This document shows, piece by piece, positions 36,727-48,182 of a DNA stretch of 61,933 nucleotides (positions are counted from its first letter, which is position 1; the number at the start of each line of letters is the position of its first letter). This stretch comes from Myxococcota bacterium (GTDB taxonomy: Bacteria; Myxococcota_A; Bradymonadia; UBA7976; UBA1532). The stretch covers positions 1 to 61,933 of the forward strand of contig JAYZEG010000049.1 in NCBI GenBank assembly GCA_036337435.1, written 5' to 3'. A program made the translations under genes and the position numbers. Below the pieces are notes generated by a model. The model saw only the letters and a list, made by a program, of their open reading frames with translations. It searched no databases and had not been told where the DNA came from.

Positions 36727-37749
36727 ATGAAAGCCAACTGTCTAGCGGTATTGGGTCATTACTTGAAGTTCATATTTGCACTGGTTGTCATGATTGGTTC
36801 AGCGCAAGCCAATCCATCCATTCATGGAATCGCTTTGGGCCTCTATTATAAAGGTGATGTCGATACTGCCCGCTATCATGAAATGATCGATGAGATCGCA
36901 GAGACTGGTGCGACTCACATCTCCATTATTACGCTTTGGAGCATGCGAGACATCAGAGCGTCCACTATCACACCCCACCCGCTGGAGACACCCAGCGATG
37001 CTTTAGTCACACAGGTGATCGCCCACGCGAAGAAACGGGGCTTGCGAGTCATGCTCTTTCCGATTCTATGGATTGAGACCCGTGGCGATGGTGAATGGCG
37101 CGGTAAGCTTGCACCAAAGGATGTGCCGAAATGGTGGATATCCTATGAGGCATTTATCACCCATTTCGCACGTCTGGCCCAAAAGACCGGGGCCGATATC
37201 TTCAGCATTGGCAGTGAGTTGTCCAGCATGGAACGATTTAAGAATCGATGGACACACATTGCTAAGAAGGTAAGGGGGGTCTATTCAGGACAGCTGATCT
37301 ATTCGGCAAATTGGGACCACTATGAAGATGTCCCATTTTGGAGTGCGGTGGATCTCGTTGGTTTGACCGGTTACTATCGGCTTACTGAGAAAATGGACCC
37401 GACGGTGGCCGACCTGATTAGGTCTTGGCGGCCCATCAAGGCGAGCCTACTTGCGTGGTCCAAGCGCTTAGACAAACCGTTTGTCTTCACCGAGGTTGGC
37501 TATCCAAGTTTGGATGGTGCCGCCCACAGCCCGTGGGACTATACGACCGGTAAGAAACTTGATCTGGAAGAGCAGAGAATCTGTTATGAAGCTTTCCGAT
37601 TGAGTTGGCAGAATGAAACACGGCTCCAAGGCGTTTTCTTTTGGAACTGGTGGGGCCCGAAAGACGGCTTGAACCACTGGTACACGCCGCGCGGTAAACC
37701 TGCATTGGGTGAAATTCAGAAATGGATGAAGGACCAGCGTCGAAAATAG
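36727..37749 (+). CDS. Secreted glycoside hydrolase, GH113-like TIM barrel
   Basis: GLRVMLFP, WRG, IGSEL, YSANWD, FTEVGY, GVFFWNW. Confidence 0.8.
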   Translation: MKANCLAVLGHYLKFIFALVVMIGSAQANPSIHGIALGLYYKGDVDTARYHEMIDEIAETGATHISIITLWSMRDIRASTITPHPLETPSDALVTQVIAHAKKRGLRVMLFPILWIETRGDGEWRGKLAPKDVPKWWISYEAFITHFARLAQKTGADIFSIGSELSSMERFKNRWTHIAKKVRGVYSGQLIYSANWDHYEDVPFWSAVDLVGLTGYYRLTEKMDPTVADLIRSWRPIKASLLAWSKRLDKPFVFTEVGYPSLDGAAHSPWDYTTGKKLDLEEQRICYEAFRLSWQNETRLQGVFFWNWWGPKDGLNHWYTPRGKPALGEIQKWMKDQRRK

Positions 37750-37825
37750 CCTAAAATCTGAGACGTTTTTGGCGTTCAAACCAATGTAAGTTAGTGTGAG
37801 CAAAAGTAGTACAGAGGCAAACACA

Positions 37826-38917
37826 ATGCATGATTTAGACCGAATGAAGACAAAAGTTGAGATTAGGCTAGGTGCATCGCAGGTACTCGGCCTGGCGGTT
37901 GGCACAGCCGCCTTCTCGGCCCTTCTGTTTGTTGCTGGCTATTTAGTCGGTAAGCAGCAGGTTCCGACCGTGGCACCCGCACCGGACCTGGCTCGACTGT
38001 TGGGCGATACGGGTGAGGAAGGGATCGAGAGAGGTCCGGCAAGAGCGGCGGTTGGTGAGGTAGAGTTTCTGTTTCCTAAAGCTGAAAAGAAGGCCGAGAC
38101 ACCTCCCCTAAAAAAGAACCGCGATGTAAGATTGCCTGCGGCTGTCCTCAAGGTCGATGTTCCAAAAGTAGTGAGAGCCAAGCAGGCCCAAAAGGCACCT
38201 AAAGAGTCGCCCAAGGTGCAGGCTGTAAAGCCGCGTATCGAACAAAAGACCGTCGTTGCCAAAGACACTGCTAAGGTGTCTAAGTCAACCGCGTCCACAT
38301 CGGTTGTTGCCGGTAAATTATCGGCAACAACATCGACGACAGACGGGGTCTCAGCAACTCAGGACGCGCCGAAGGCGATGCCGGCTAAAGCATCGAAAAC
38401 GCCTAAAGCGTCGCAGACCGTTTCCAAAGAGCTCGCGAAGGCTGAGGAGTCGGATCCGGATGAGGACCGGCCCAACGACGACGGCGACGTCATACCAAGC
38501 GTCAAGTTGCCCAAGATCGAGACGACAAAAAATAACCCTCGACTGGCCAAGAAAATCCGCGTTCCAAAGGTGAATGAGGCACTCGAGGCCCGTCGGTTGC
38601 GTGGGACTCAGCGGCAATCGAAGACGTCTATGGCGAAAACGAAGAAAAAACGTGACAGGTCAACGCGTGTCACTCGCGGTCGATTTACCTTACAGGTGAA
38701 GGCAACCAAGACGAAGTCTGAAGCCGAGTCTTATATGGCGAGCCTGAGACGCTCAAATTTTTTCCCACATTTGATCGTCGTCGACACACCGAAGAAGGGA
38801 CGTTTCTATCGGATACGAGTTGGTCGTTTCGAAACCATGGAAGAGGCGAGGGCGTTTCAACGTGAGTTTTCCAGCCGGAGTGGGCAGGACGAGAGCGGTT
38901 ACGTGACGCGTCTCTAG
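37826..38917 (+). CDS. SPOR-domain membrane protein (FtsN/DedD-like)
   Basis: N-terminal TM, K/A/P-rich linker, C-terminal FTLQVKA...FYRIRVGRFETMEEA. Confidence 0.85.
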   Translation: MHDLDRMKTKVEIRLGASQVLGLAVGTAAFSALLFVAGYLVGKQQVPTVAPAPDLARLLGDTGEEGIERGPARAAVGEVEFLFPKAEKKAETPPLKKNRDVRLPAAVLKVDVPKVVRAKQAQKAPKESPKVQAVKPRIEQKTVVAKDTAKVSKSTASTSVVAGKLSATTSTTDGVSATQDAPKAMPAKASKTPKASQTVSKELAKAEESDPDEDRPNDDGDVIPSVKLPKIETTKNNPRLAKKIRVPKVNEALEARRLRGTQRQSKTSMAKTKKKRDRSTRVTRGRFTLQVKATKTKSEAESYMASLRRSNFFPHLIVVDTPKKGRFYRIRVGRFETMEEARAFQREFSSRSGQDESGYVTRL

Positions 38918-38936
38918 TCGCGCGTCAGCTAAACCG

Positions 38937-39473
38937 CTACTTCTCTATCCATTTGTCCGGATCTGCTTGGCCATCGCCGTCGTGATCGCTTCCAATCCGA
39001 ACGAGCTTGCCATTTTTGTAAATTTCCCAATGATCGGTCTTGCCGTCGTTGTCTGTGTCGCTTTCGAGACGAACCAGGCGCCCTTTCGAGTAATGTCTCA
39101 CCACATCTGGCTTCCCGTCGAATTGAAGGTCTAACTCCTTCTTCTTCGGCTTGTTGTTTTCGTAGGTCGTCTTCACATCTGGTCTGCCATCGAAATCCAT
39201 GTCCATACTATCGGATTCGATTTCACCTTTCGCATTAAAGACCCGGATGATATCGACTCGACCGTCGAAGTTAATGTCATATTCTTTACGTGCAAGAACC
39301 TGTTTGCCATCGACTTTTCGAAAGTATTTCCAGCTGTCCGGTTTACCGTCTTTATTGGTGTCGAAGGCTTGAGCATTGGGATCGACCGTGCCAGAGAAGC
39401 CAGAGCCACCGGTCTCCTGAGCCCCGCCACAACCCAAAGCAAAGATGAAAAATAGAAATAATGATGACCTCAT
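38937..39473 (-). CDS. Lipoprotein with six Dx[DN]xDG beta-hairpin repeats
   Basis: Lipobox ALGC; repeats DTNKDGKPD, DINFDGRVD, DMDFDGRPD, DLQFDGKPD, DTDNDGKTD, DHDGDGQAD. Confidence 0.8.
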   Translation of the reverse strand: MRSSLFLFFIFALGCGGAQETGGSGFSGTVDPNAQAFDTNKDGKPDSWKYFRKVDGKQVLARKEYDINFDGRVDIIRVFNAKGEIESDSMDMDFDGRPDVKTTYENNKPKKKELDLQFDGKPDVVRHYSKGRLVRLESDTDNDGKTDHWEIYKNGKLVRIGSDHDGDGQADPDKWIEK

Positions 39474-39563
39474 TGATAAAACTCCAAGGAATGCTGCTCC
39501 CTCAAAATCGAATAAATTGGTGGTGTTCGTCAAGACTGTGTTTTAGGTAGTTATCGACGACGG

Positions 39564-39591
39564 TTGCAATGAACGCCAACCGTCCTATAAT
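39564..39591 (+). promoter_or_regulatory. Sigma70 promoter of lepA operon
   Basis: TTGCAA-16bp-TATAAT followed by GC-rich discriminator GCGCCG. Confidence 0.6.
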
Positions 39592-39684
39592 GCGCCGAAT
39601 TTCCGATCGCGTTGGTATAGAAGGACTCGGGCGCGTAATGTCCGTAAATTGGTTCGCACTGGTGGGCCGAAGGCAAGGCTGTAA

Positions 39685-41481
39685 ATGGCTCTAAATGTAA
39701 GAAATTTCGCGATAATCGCCCACATTGACCACGGTAAGTCGACCCTGGCCGATCGAATCCTGAGCCTGACAGGATCCGTCTCCGATCGAGAGCATCGTGA
39801 GCAATTTTTAGACTCGATGGACCTCGAACGTGAGCGTGGGATTACGATCAAAGCGCAGGCCGTGAGGCTCAATTGGGTCGCTGAAGATGGTGAACGATAC
39901 GAGTTGAATCTTATCGACACGCCGGGGCATGTTGATTTTACATACGAGGTATCGAGAAGTTTAGCGGCGTGTGAAGGGGCACTTCTGGTCGTCGATGCAT
40001 CACAAGGAGTCGAGGCTCAAACACTCGCCAATGTCTATTTGGCTCTCGACAATGACCTCGCAATCGTACCCGTACGCAATAAGATCGATTTGCCAGCCGC
40101 CGATCCGGACCGCGTATCCGCGGAAATTGAGGATGTCATTGGATTGGACGCCAGTGATGCGCTTCAGGTATCGGCAAAGACGGGCATCGGCGTTGAAGAT
40201 GTCTTAGAAGCAATAATTAAACAGATTCCGGCACCAACCGACAACATTGAGAAACCCTTGCGAGCACTGATTTTTGACTCTTGGTATGACAATTACCGTG
40301 GGGTTATCACTCTGGTTCGGGTTGTCGATGGTGTCGTGAAGAAGGGGTCCAAGATCGCGATGAAGGCGACGGGCCAAGTTTTCGATGTACTTGAGGTCGG
40401 TGTTTTCTCACCGGGCGCGACCCCACTGAAAGAGTTGCGGTCGGGCGATGTTGGTTTTGTGATCGCCAATATTAAGGAAGTGCGTCATGCACAGGTCGGC
40501 GACACCATCGTCGACTCAGCTCGAATTAAAGACAGTGAGCCGTTGTCCGGCTTTAAGGAGGTGACTCCTGTTGTTTTCAGTGGCCTCTTTCCAGTGGTTT
40601 CATCGGATTATTCAGATTTGCGTGAAGCACTCGAAAAGCTACGGCTTAACGACGCCGCGTTTTCGTTTGAGCCTGAGACCTCAGCGGCCCTCGGCTTTGG
40701 GTTCCGTTGTGGTTTTCTGGGGCTTCTTCATCTTGAGATTGTCCAAGAACGCTTAGAGCGTGAATTCGGAATGTCTTTGATTACGACCGCGCCCACCGTT
40801 GTCTACGACGTAACAACAACAGACGGGGAATTGCTCAGGATCGAGAATCCTGCTCATATGCCGGACCCGCAAGAAATCCGTGAGATTAGTGAGCCATTTA
40901 TTCAAGCGACCATTCATGTTCCGTCTGAATACTGCGGTCCAGTGATCAAATTGTGCGAAGAGCGGCGTGGGATTCAAAAAGATCTCGGGTATGTCGGTAC
41001 GACCCGAATGATGGTTCATTATGAGTTGCCATTGAGTGAGGTCGTCTTCGACTTCTTTGATCGACTGAAGAGCATAACCCGTGGCTATGGTAGCTTCGAG
41101 TACGAAGTGGGCGAGCTCAAGGTCTCTAAGCTCGTAAAACTAGATATTCGACTCAATGGTGAGGTGGTCGATGCATTGAGCATTATCGTTCATAAAGATC
41201 GTGCCTACTCTAGGGGCAAAGAGCTTTGTGAGCGGCTGCGCAAGACCATTAATCGGCAACAGTACGATGTGGCGATCCAAGCAGCGATCGGAAACAAGGT
41301 CATCTCCCGAGAAACAGTCAAAGCCGTTCGCAAGGACGTAACGGCCAAATGTTATGGCGGTGACATCTCGCGGAAGCGAAAACTTCTGCAGAAACAGAAG
41401 GCCGGTAAGAAACGGATGAAACAGGTCGGGAATGTTGAAGTCCCCCAAGAGGCTTTTCTCGCGATTTTGTCCACGGATTAA
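39685..41481 (+). CDS. lepA: Elongation factor 4
   Basis: [40 protein letters not shown]. Confidence 0.98.
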   Translation: MALNVRNFAIIAHIDHGKSTLADRILSLTGSVSDREHREQFLDSMDLERERGITIKAQAVRLNWVAEDGERYELNLIDTPGHVDFTYEVSRSLAACEGALLVVDASQGVEAQTLANVYLALDNDLAIVPVRNKIDLPAADPDRVSAEIEDVIGLDASDALQVSAKTGIGVEDVLEAIIKQIPAPTDNIEKPLRALIFDSWYDNYRGVITLVRVVDGVVKKGSKIAMKATGQVFDVLEVGVFSPGATPLKELRSGDVGFVIANIKEVRHAQVGDTIVDSARIKDSEPLSGFKEVTPVVFSGLFPVVSSDYSDLREALEKLRLNDAAFSFEPETSAALGFGFRCGFLGLLHLEIVQERLEREFGMSLITTAPTVVYDVTTTDGELLRIENPAHMPDPQEIREISEPFIQATIHVPSEYCGPVIKLCEERRGIQKDLGYVGTTRMMVHYELPLSEVVFDFFDRLKSITRGYGSFEYEVGELKVSKLVKLDIRLNGEVVDALSIIVHKDRAYSRGKELCERLRKTINRQQYDVAIQAAIGNKVISRETVKAVRKDVTAKCYGGDISRKRKLLQKQKAGKKRMKQVGNVEVPQEAFLAILSTD

Positions 41482-41484
41482 GTA

Positions 41485-42573
41485 ATGAAAAAGACCTCAA
41501 AGCGTGCTTTAAAGCGAGAATCGAAGGAACTTCTCAGGCTGTGTGCTGGGCTCGTTAAATCGAACCGAAAGCAGTTGGCTGAGGAGGTCATCGCTGAGAT
41601 CGTGTCTTGCCAGGATAAACTACGCATTGCGCGTCGAGGGGGCCAAGTTGAGGAGATGGAGGTCGCATTTGCTGCCCTTCAGACTCAGTATGAAACGCAC
41701 TTGCAGCAATATCGAAAAGGAGCCTTTCGAGAATTCATTGAACCGATCGGTGTTGCTTTAATCGTCGCCTTACTTCTTCGGGCGTTTGTCGTTGAGGCAT
41801 TTCGAATTCCGAGTAGCTCAATGGTGCCTACGCTCGCTGTAGGCGATTTTCTTTTCGTCAATAAACTTGCGTACGGCGTTCGAATGCCGTTCTCCAGCAC
41901 GTTGACCGCTGAGTGGGATCAAGCGGAGAGGGGCGATGTCATCGTCTTTGTATATCCCTGCGATAACAGCTTGGACTACATCAAGCGGGTGGTCGCTGTC
42001 GAAGGTGACATAATTGACGTCGACAGTGACGGTTTCGTGACCATTCGCTCCAAGGATGGCACTTTGATGCCTATCGACGTCCAACCCAAACGGAATTTTG
42101 TTCAAAGTGTCGCTGAATTTCAGGGTGGAGAAATGGCTCAGCGAGATCCCTTGGGTCGTTGGAGTCAGCCGGTCAATGGCTGCATGAATCAAGCGGAACT
42201 CCATTTGTATCGCTCGGAGATAGGGCCGCAAGCGTTTAACACTTTGCATTGTGTCGATCATGTTCCAAGAGCGACTGAAAAGCGAGGGGGGTTAGATTGG
42301 GAAGGATTTCCGAGCAATAATATTTGCCCGCCTAAGCCCATGATGGCTCCACCTCATCTACCGTGGATTGTCCCAGAAGGGCATGTGTTTGTCATGGGCG
42401 ATAACCGCAACAATTCTCAGGACTCACGCTTTTGGGGGTTTGTTCCGGCTGGACTCATCAAGGGCAAGGCCATGTTCCTTTGGATGAGTTGGGATGGTCG
42501 GTCGGACATTGGGGTGTTTGATAAAATACGGTGGAAGCGGTTGTTTCGGGGCATACACGGAGAGATGAAATAA
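41485..42573 (+). CDS. lepB: Signal peptidase I
   Basis: IPSSSMVPTL, DYIKRVV, GDNRNNSQDSRFWG. Confidence 0.95.
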   Translation: MKKTSKRALKRESKELLRLCAGLVKSNRKQLAEEVIAEIVSCQDKLRIARRGGQVEEMEVAFAALQTQYETHLQQYRKGAFREFIEPIGVALIVALLLRAFVVEAFRIPSSSMVPTLAVGDFLFVNKLAYGVRMPFSSTLTAEWDQAERGDVIVFVYPCDNSLDYIKRVVAVEGDIIDVDSDGFVTIRSKDGTLMPIDVQPKRNFVQSVAEFQGGEMAQRDPLGRWSQPVNGCMNQAELHLYRSEIGPQAFNTLHCVDHVPRATEKRGGLDWEGFPSNNICPPKPMMAPPHLPWIVPEGHVFVMGDNRNNSQDSRFWGFVPAGLIKGKAMFLWMSWDGRSDIGVFDKIRWKRLFRGIHGEMK

Positions 42574-42614
42574 GTCTCAGGGAGGGTGAGCTGTTGGCCG
42601 TATCAAGGCGAGAA

Positions 42615-43172
42615 ATGTCGTTAAGGCGGGAACTGATGGACAGCACTCAGATGAAACGTGCTGTCAGACGTTTGGCTCACCAATTGGTCGGGACGATATC
42701 AGCTGATGAAATCGTGCTTGTCGGCGTCAGAACTCGAGGGGTTCCGCTGGCCCGCCGTTTGAAGCATATCATCGATGAGATTGAAGGCACGGATATTCCC
42801 GTGGGAGAACTCGACATCACGCTATACCGCGACGATGTGTTTAGTGGTTCAGGTGTTCCTGAGGTCCGGCCAACCCATTTACCCTTCGATATGGTCAACA
42901 AGGCGGTGGTTCTTGTGGACGATGTCTTGTATACGGGGCGCACAACAAGGGCAGCATTAGATGCCATCGTTGATTGGGGCCGCCCAAAATGCATCAAGCT
43001 GGCAGTACTCGTGGATAGAGGGCATCGGGAATTACCCATTCAGGCTGATTTTATTGGCCTGCAGTTAGAGACCCTTAACGATGAGTCGGTTCAAGTGATG
43101 CTCAATGAAAGCGACGATGCGGATCGAGTGATCTTGTGGGGGTTAAGTGACGAGGATGAACATGCAACGTAA
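42615..43172 (+). CDS. pyrR: Pyrimidine regulator / UPRTase PyrR
   Basis: [40 protein letters not shown]; start may be TTG 42594. Confidence 0.93.
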   Translation: MSLRRELMDSTQMKRAVRRLAHQLVGTISADEIVLVGVRTRGVPLARRLKHIIDEIEGTDIPVGELDITLYRDDVFSGSGVPEVRPTHLPFDMVNKAVVLVDDVLYTGRTTRAALDAIVDWGRPKCIKLAVLVDRGHRELPIQADFIGLQLETLNDESVQVMLNESDDADRVILWGLSDEDEHAT

Positions 43173-44082
43173 TCACGTGATTGAGCTCTCCTCGATGCCA
43201 GCGTCCACGATTAAACAGATTCTCGATACAGCTGATTCGTTTAGGGGGATCGCTGACCGGTCGGTCAAAAAAGTCCCAACATTACGCGGACGGACTGTTG
43301 TTAACCTCTTCCTTGAACCCTCGACCCGAACGAGAGCCTCATTCGAATTAGCAGCAAAGCGGTTGAGTGCTGATACTTTGAATGTCAGTGGCGGTTCGAG
43401 CTCGGTCGTAAAGGGCGAGACTTTGCTAGACACGGCACTCAACCTGGGCGCATACAAGCCCGATATTATTGTCTTGCGCCATAATCAGGCGGGTGCCCCC
43501 CATTTGCTGGCTCAAAATCTAGATGCATCCATTGTGAATGCGGGTGATGGTGCGCATGAACATCCCACTCAAGGTTTGTTGGATATGTTGACCATCCGCC
43601 AGCACAAGGGGCAGATCGAGGGACAGAAGGTCGCCATCATTGGGGACATCGCCCACAGCCGAGTGGCGCGGTCCGGTATTTGTGGCTTATCGAAATTAGG
43701 AGCAGATGTTGTCGTGTGCGGACCGCCGACTATGATTCCGGATGGAGTTGAAGAACTCGGATGTCGCGCCACCAGTGACCGCTTAGACGCAGTATCGGAC
43801 GCAGACGTTGTCATGATGCTTCGGATACAGAAAGAGCGTCTCTCGGAAGAACTCTTCCCAAGTGATCGAGAGTACGCTCAGGTATATGGCCTCAATCGTG
43901 GCGTGTTGGCAGAGGCAAAGCCCGATTGCATTGTGATGCACCCTGGGCCAATCAATCGTGGTGTGGAGTTAGAACCAGACGTCGCTGATGGGCCCCACTC
44001 GGTTATTTTAGCTCAGGTGGAAAATGGTTTAGCTGTTCGTATGGCGGTCCTGTTTTACTGTGCTGGTGGGAGTCCATCATGA
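43162..44082 (+). CDS. pyrB: Aspartate carbamoyltransferase catalytic subunit
   Basis: EPSTRT, KGET, NAGDG, HPTQ, HSRVARS, RIQKER, HPGP. Confidence 0.97.
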   Translation: MQRNHVIELSSMPASTIKQILDTADSFRGIADRSVKKVPTLRGRTVVNLFLEPSTRTRASFELAAKRLSADTLNVSGGSSSVVKGETLLDTALNLGAYKPDIIVLRHNQAGAPHLLAQNLDASIVNAGDGAHEHPTQGLLDMLTIRQHKGQIEGQKVAIIGDIAHSRVARSGICGLSKLGADVVVCGPPTMIPDGVEELGCRATSDRLDAVSDADVVMMLRIQKERLSEELFPSDREYAQVYGLNRGVLAEAKPDCIVMHPGPINRGVELEPDVADGPHSVILAQVENGLAVRMAVLFYCAGGSPS

Positions 44083-45392
44083 GCCTTTCAGACCAGACTG
44101 TTCGCATACAAAATGCCCGGATTATCTGTCCGAAGCAGGGCTTAGACTTTCACGGTTCCTTGGACTTAAAAAATGGGGCGATCGCCTGGTTGGGCCAAAA
44201 CGCCGACGCCTTGGATTGGGATGGTGAGGTCATTGATGCGGGGGGCGCGATTCTCACATCTGGATTCATCGACATTCATGTTCGGTCCGGTGAACCAGGA
44301 TACGAGTATCGAGAAACCTTGGACGAGACAGCGCAGGCAGCGGCTCGGGGTGGCTTTACTACGGTCTGTCTGATGGCCAACGGCGCATACAATCAAGATA
44401 CGAGACCGCTGGTTGAATATGTTGCCAGACGGTCCAACGAAATTGGCTCATCTCGTCTCCGACCCATTGGTGCTTTGACTCTAGAACGCAAAGGCGAACG
44501 GTTAACGGAAATGTTTGACCTATTGGCGGGCGGGGCGATCGCCTTCAGTGATTTTGAGTCGACCTGTGCCAATGCGGGCGTTATGCGTCGGGCACTGGAA
44601 TACGCAAAAGCAACAGGACGGCCGGTCTTTGAGTTCCCCAATAACCCCTCTCTGAGTGGTACAGGCATTATGCACGAGGGCCCAGTCGCAACTCGATTGG
44701 GCCTAAAGGGGATCCCGAGTGCAGCGGAAGAGGTGCGCGTTTATCGAGCCATTTCTCTCGCCCGACTTACTGGGGCACCGCTCCATATCGGTCCCGTGAG
44801 CACAGCAGCCTCCGTCGCCGCGCTACGCGTCGCCAAGTCTGAGGGCTTGAGTTTGACCAGTTCGGTATTGGCCAGCCATTTAAAATATGTGGACGCGGAC
44901 ATCATGACCGATTGGTCCACCGCACTGAAGGTGATGCCTGTTCTGCGAGAAGAGAGCGATCGAATCGCACTGCTGAGCGGCGTGGCCGATGGAACTATCG
45001 ATGCCATCTCAAGCGGTCATCTCGCACAAGGCTTAGTGGATAAGCAGGTTCCATTTCCAGAGGCTGAGTTCGGCATGCTCGGTCTCCAGACTGCTCTCTC
45101 CGTCTGCTTGGAAATCATTTCGGCTGGCGGCATGAGTTTGATGGATATGGTGTCGCGATTGACCAGCGGCCCAATGGCCTGTCTTCGTAATCCATGGCAT
45201 GGTCTCGCCATTGGTCATCCAGGCGATTTAGTTCTATTCCATCCGGATAAAACGTGGTCTGTATCAAAACATGAACTCGGCGGCAGAGCACTGAATACTC
45301 CGTTATTCGGCTCAGAAGTAAAAGGCTGTATTGAAAATACATGGGTCTCTGGTCGGTGTGTCTACAACCGTGCAGATGAGTCATCTTTATAG
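44079..45392 (+). CDS. pyrC: Dihydroorotase-like protein, probably inactive PyrC'
   Basis: [25 protein letters not shown] fold motifs; metal ligands mostly lost. Confidence 0.85.
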   Translation: MSLSDQTVRIQNARIICPKQGLDFHGSLDLKNGAIAWLGQNADALDWDGEVIDAGGAILTSGFIDIHVRSGEPGYEYRETLDETAQAAARGGFTTVCLMANGAYNQDTRPLVEYVARRSNEIGSSRLRPIGALTLERKGERLTEMFDLLAGGAIAFSDFESTCANAGVMRRALEYAKATGRPVFEFPNNPSLSGTGIMHEGPVATRLGLKGIPSAAEEVRVYRAISLARLTGAPLHIGPVSTAASVAALRVAKSEGLSLTSSVLASHLKYVDADIMTDWSTALKVMPVLREESDRIALLSGVADGTIDAISSGHLAQGLVDKQVPFPEAEFGMLGLQTALSVCLEIISAGGMSLMDMVSRLTSGPMACLRNPWHGLAIGHPGDLVLFHPDKTWSVSKHELGGRALNTPLFGSEVKGCIENTWVSGRCVYNRADESSL

Positions 45393-45407
45393 GTGTCAGG
45401 AGTCCAA

Positions 45408-46553
45408 TTGAGCGTCCTAGAATTTGAAAAAGCAAGTCTTGTTCTTGAGGATGGTACCGTCTTCGTCGGTCAGCAGTTTGGTGCGCGTGGCGACACAGCT
45501 GGAGAGGTTGTGTTTAACACCTCGATGACAGGGTATCAGGAAATTTTGACCGATCCCTCCTATCGACGACAAATTATCACGATGACGTATCCCCATATCG
45601 GTAACTATGGAGTCAATCCAACGGATATGGAGAGCGGCGAGATTCAAGCGGCTGGCTTTATCGTGCGGGAACCCTGCCACCACCCATCAAACTGGCGTAA
45701 CACCCAATCTTTGGACAGTTGGTTAAAGGCATCGGGAATCGTCGGGATTGCTGGCATCGATACCCGTGCTTTGGTGCGAAAAATTCGGGATAAGGGGGCC
45801 ATGAGAGGGGCAATTATATCCGGCGAGCCCTCTCGTTCAGCCCTCGATGAAAGGTTGGCACGAGAGCCCGAAATGGAGGGGCGCGACCTGGTCAAAGAAG
45901 TCACATGTCGAGAGCCTTATGAGTGGACTGAAGGTCTTTTTCGTCTGGAAGGCGAGCAGCATACTCGTCAGGTCCCGAAGGCCTCGCGCACATTTCATGT
46001 GGTCGCATTTGATTTTGGCATCAAACGGAACATTTTACGTCTGTTGGTGGAGTATGGATGTCGCGTCACGGTTGTGCCGGCCGATACATCGGCAGATGCG
46101 GTTCTCGCCATGGAACCGGACGGTGTGTTTCTCAGTAACGGCCCGGGTGACCCTGCCGCTGTTCATTATGCCATCGAGGCGGTTTCGGCCTTACTGGGCA
46201 AACTGCCCATATTTGGGATTTGTCTGGGTCACCAAATCACAGCACTGGCTCTGGGTGGAAAAACATACAAGATGCGTTTTGGCCATAGAGGAGGGAACCA
46301 ACCGGTTCTCGATAAGAACAGTGGACGTGTCGAAATCACGAGCCAAAATCATGGTTTTGCGGTGGATGCCGAAAGCCTAACGGGTGTTGCCCAAGTCAGC
46401 TACATCAATTTAAATGACAAGACTGTCGAAGGCCTTGTTCATGAGTCCTTTCCCCTTTTTACCGTTCAGCACCATCCTGAGGCCAGCCCCGGGCCACATG
46501 ACTCCGTTTCGCTTTTTGGTCGATTTGTGGAGATGATGGAGTCGTGGCATTGA
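45408..46553 (+). CDS. carA: Carbamoyl-phosphate synthase small subunit
   Basis: [38 protein letters not shown]. Confidence 0.97.
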   Translation: MSVLEFEKASLVLEDGTVFVGQQFGARGDTAGEVVFNTSMTGYQEILTDPSYRRQIITMTYPHIGNYGVNPTDMESGEIQAAGFIVREPCHHPSNWRNTQSLDSWLKASGIVGIAGIDTRALVRKIRDKGAMRGAIISGEPSRSALDERLAREPEMEGRDLVKEVTCREPYEWTEGLFRLEGEQHTRQVPKASRTFHVVAFDFGIKRNILRLLVEYGCRVTVVPADTSADAVLAMEPDGVFLSNGPGDPAAVHYAIEAVSALLGKLPIFGICLGHQITALALGGKTYKMRFGHRGGNQPVLDKNSGRVEITSQNHGFAVDAESLTGVAQVSYINLNDKTVEGLVHESFPLFTVQHHPEASPGPHDSVSLFGRFVEMMESWH

Positions 46554-47716
46554 GGATACCTTGGGTATGGCTTTGCTTTAGCTTGATTTTGGCTGGTTGC
46601 AAATCGCACTCCGGCCCCTCACCTGACGGTCGGGTAGACCAGGCGCGGCAAGCCTTAATTCGCGCTCCAGCAGCACAGCCAGTCGCGGTGAAACTACCTC
46701 CGAGCGAACGTGTTTTTTGCTTAGACTTAGATGGGGATGGCAGCGATGAAATTCTCGGTGCACATGGCACGGAACTGTGGGCTGCACGAATTGACCAAAA
46801 AAACGTCAAGATGCTTTGGAAACACAGTGGTCGGGGCGTTGTACATCGCGTCGCGATTGGGCGATTGGGCACCGAACGGACTTTGGTGATTGCCCGCGGC
46901 ATTGGTCGGGGGCCCAATTTGAAAGCCCCGTTGAGTCTGAGTATTTGGACGGCCGGTCTGGATAAGCCAAAGGAGCTTTGGAGTCACAGCGGGATTCGCA
47001 ATGAACCGGCCCATTTATCGCTTCAGGATTTAAACGGTGACGGACAAGCCCAAATTGCATTCGCCTATTACGTCGATAAGTATCATGTGGCGACTCGGCA
47101 TATGAATGGCAGCGGTGCCGGCCAACTCGGCGCGAAAATGAGGATGGCCAGTGGCCGCGTCTATACCGATATCAATGCCGATGGGCGCGTCGATGAAGTG
47201 ATCTCGCGGGTCTACGGAGATGCTAAAGGGCTGCCAGGTGACCTCAAAATTAATCTGGGTCAAGGTTGGGTCACCGTTGCAACCGACAATGGCGTTAGAG
47301 GCCTTGCTTCTGCCCACGTCAAAGGCTCCAAGCCGGCTGTGTTTTTTGCAGATGGTTGGCGCTCTAACTACGGTAAAGAAGCAAAGGCGCAACTCAAGAT
47401 CTTAGAGTGGACGGCATCGGGTCCAAAATTAACCAAAATTGGTCATTCACCGGACGAGTTCACATTTTTCGAGCTTTGGGCTGTGGATATTGATGGCGAT
47501 GGTTTCGATGAATTGGTGGCGCGGGGCAACCGTCACGTTACTCTGTTTTTGAAAGAGGGCAAAGCGCGCTGGTCGCAAATCAAATTGGCCACTTTTGAGC
47601 CAGTTATCAACGTTGCATTCGGATTAGGTGGCGACGGCTATTGGCGCACATTTGTACCGGGGAAGACCCATACCAAGACAATATTGGCGGGCCAGTTAAC
47701 CAAAGGGTCGCCATGA
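46544..47716 (+). CDS. FG-GAP/VCBS-repeat lipoprotein
   Basis: Lipobox [34 protein letters not shown]. Confidence 0.75.
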   Translation: MALRIPWVWLCFSLILAGCKSHSGPSPDGRVDQARQALIRAPAAQPVAVKLPPSERVFCLDLDGDGSDEILGAHGTELWAARIDQKNVKMLWKHSGRGVVHRVAIGRLGTERTLVIARGIGRGPNLKAPLSLSIWTAGLDKPKELWSHSGIRNEPAHLSLQDLNGDGQAQIAFAYYVDKYHVATRHMNGSGAGQLGAKMRMASGRVYTDINADGRVDEVISRVYGDAKGLPGDLKINLGQGWVTVATDNGVRGLASAHVKGSKPAVFFADGWRSNYGKEAKAQLKILEWTASGPKLTKIGHSPDEFTFFELWAVDIDGDGFDELVARGNRHVTLFLKEGKARWSQIKLATFEPVINVAFGLGGDGYWRTFVPGKTHTKTILAGQLTKGSP

Positions 47717-48171
47717 GAATTGTGTTGGTTAATCCCTTGATTCCGCAAAATACCGGCAGCATTGGGCGGCTTTGTGCGGCGACAAATACGCCGCTTACTT
47801 TGATCGAACCCCTCGGATTCAGCTTGGAGGATAAGTATGTCAAGCGGGCAGGCTTAGATTATTGGCCTTGGATCGACGTGTCCGTCACTCCTGACTGGGA
47901 GTCTGTCCTGACAAGTGGTGGACGCCCGTGGCTCTTTACAAAGACCGCAACACGGTCTTTCTACGATGCCGATTATCGGATGGGGGATTTTTTAGTTCTC
48001 GGGAGTGAGACGAAAGGTTTACCGAAAGCCATTTTGAATCGCTGGCCTGAACAGCAGGTTCGTATTCCCATGGATAATGACAATGTTCGAAGTTTGAATC
48101 TAGCTCAGTGCACGGCGGTGGCCTACTACGAGGCCCGACGTCAAATCAGTTTAGCGGGCCCAGCGTCGTAG
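47713..48171 (+). CDS. trmL: tRNA (cytidine/uridine-34-2'-O)-methyltransferase
   Basis: PLIPQNTG, RAGLDYW, GSETKGLP, RSLNLA. Confidence 0.95.
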   Translation: MRIVLVNPLIPQNTGSIGRLCAATNTPLTLIEPLGFSLEDKYVKRAGLDYWPWIDVSVTPDWESVLTSGGRPWLFTKTATRSFYDADYRMGDFLVLGSETKGLPKAILNRWPEQQVRIPMDNDNVRSLNLAQCTAVAYYEARRQISLAGPAS

Positions 48172-48182
48172 GAGTCGAAGAT

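Noticed and set aside
40075..40077. LepA VRNKID (Arg where a hydrophobic residue is usual) and Rel HTAGMG (Gly for Val)
   Set aside because: Each is a single T-to-G difference that may be a sequencing error or neutral; it cannot be judged without reads
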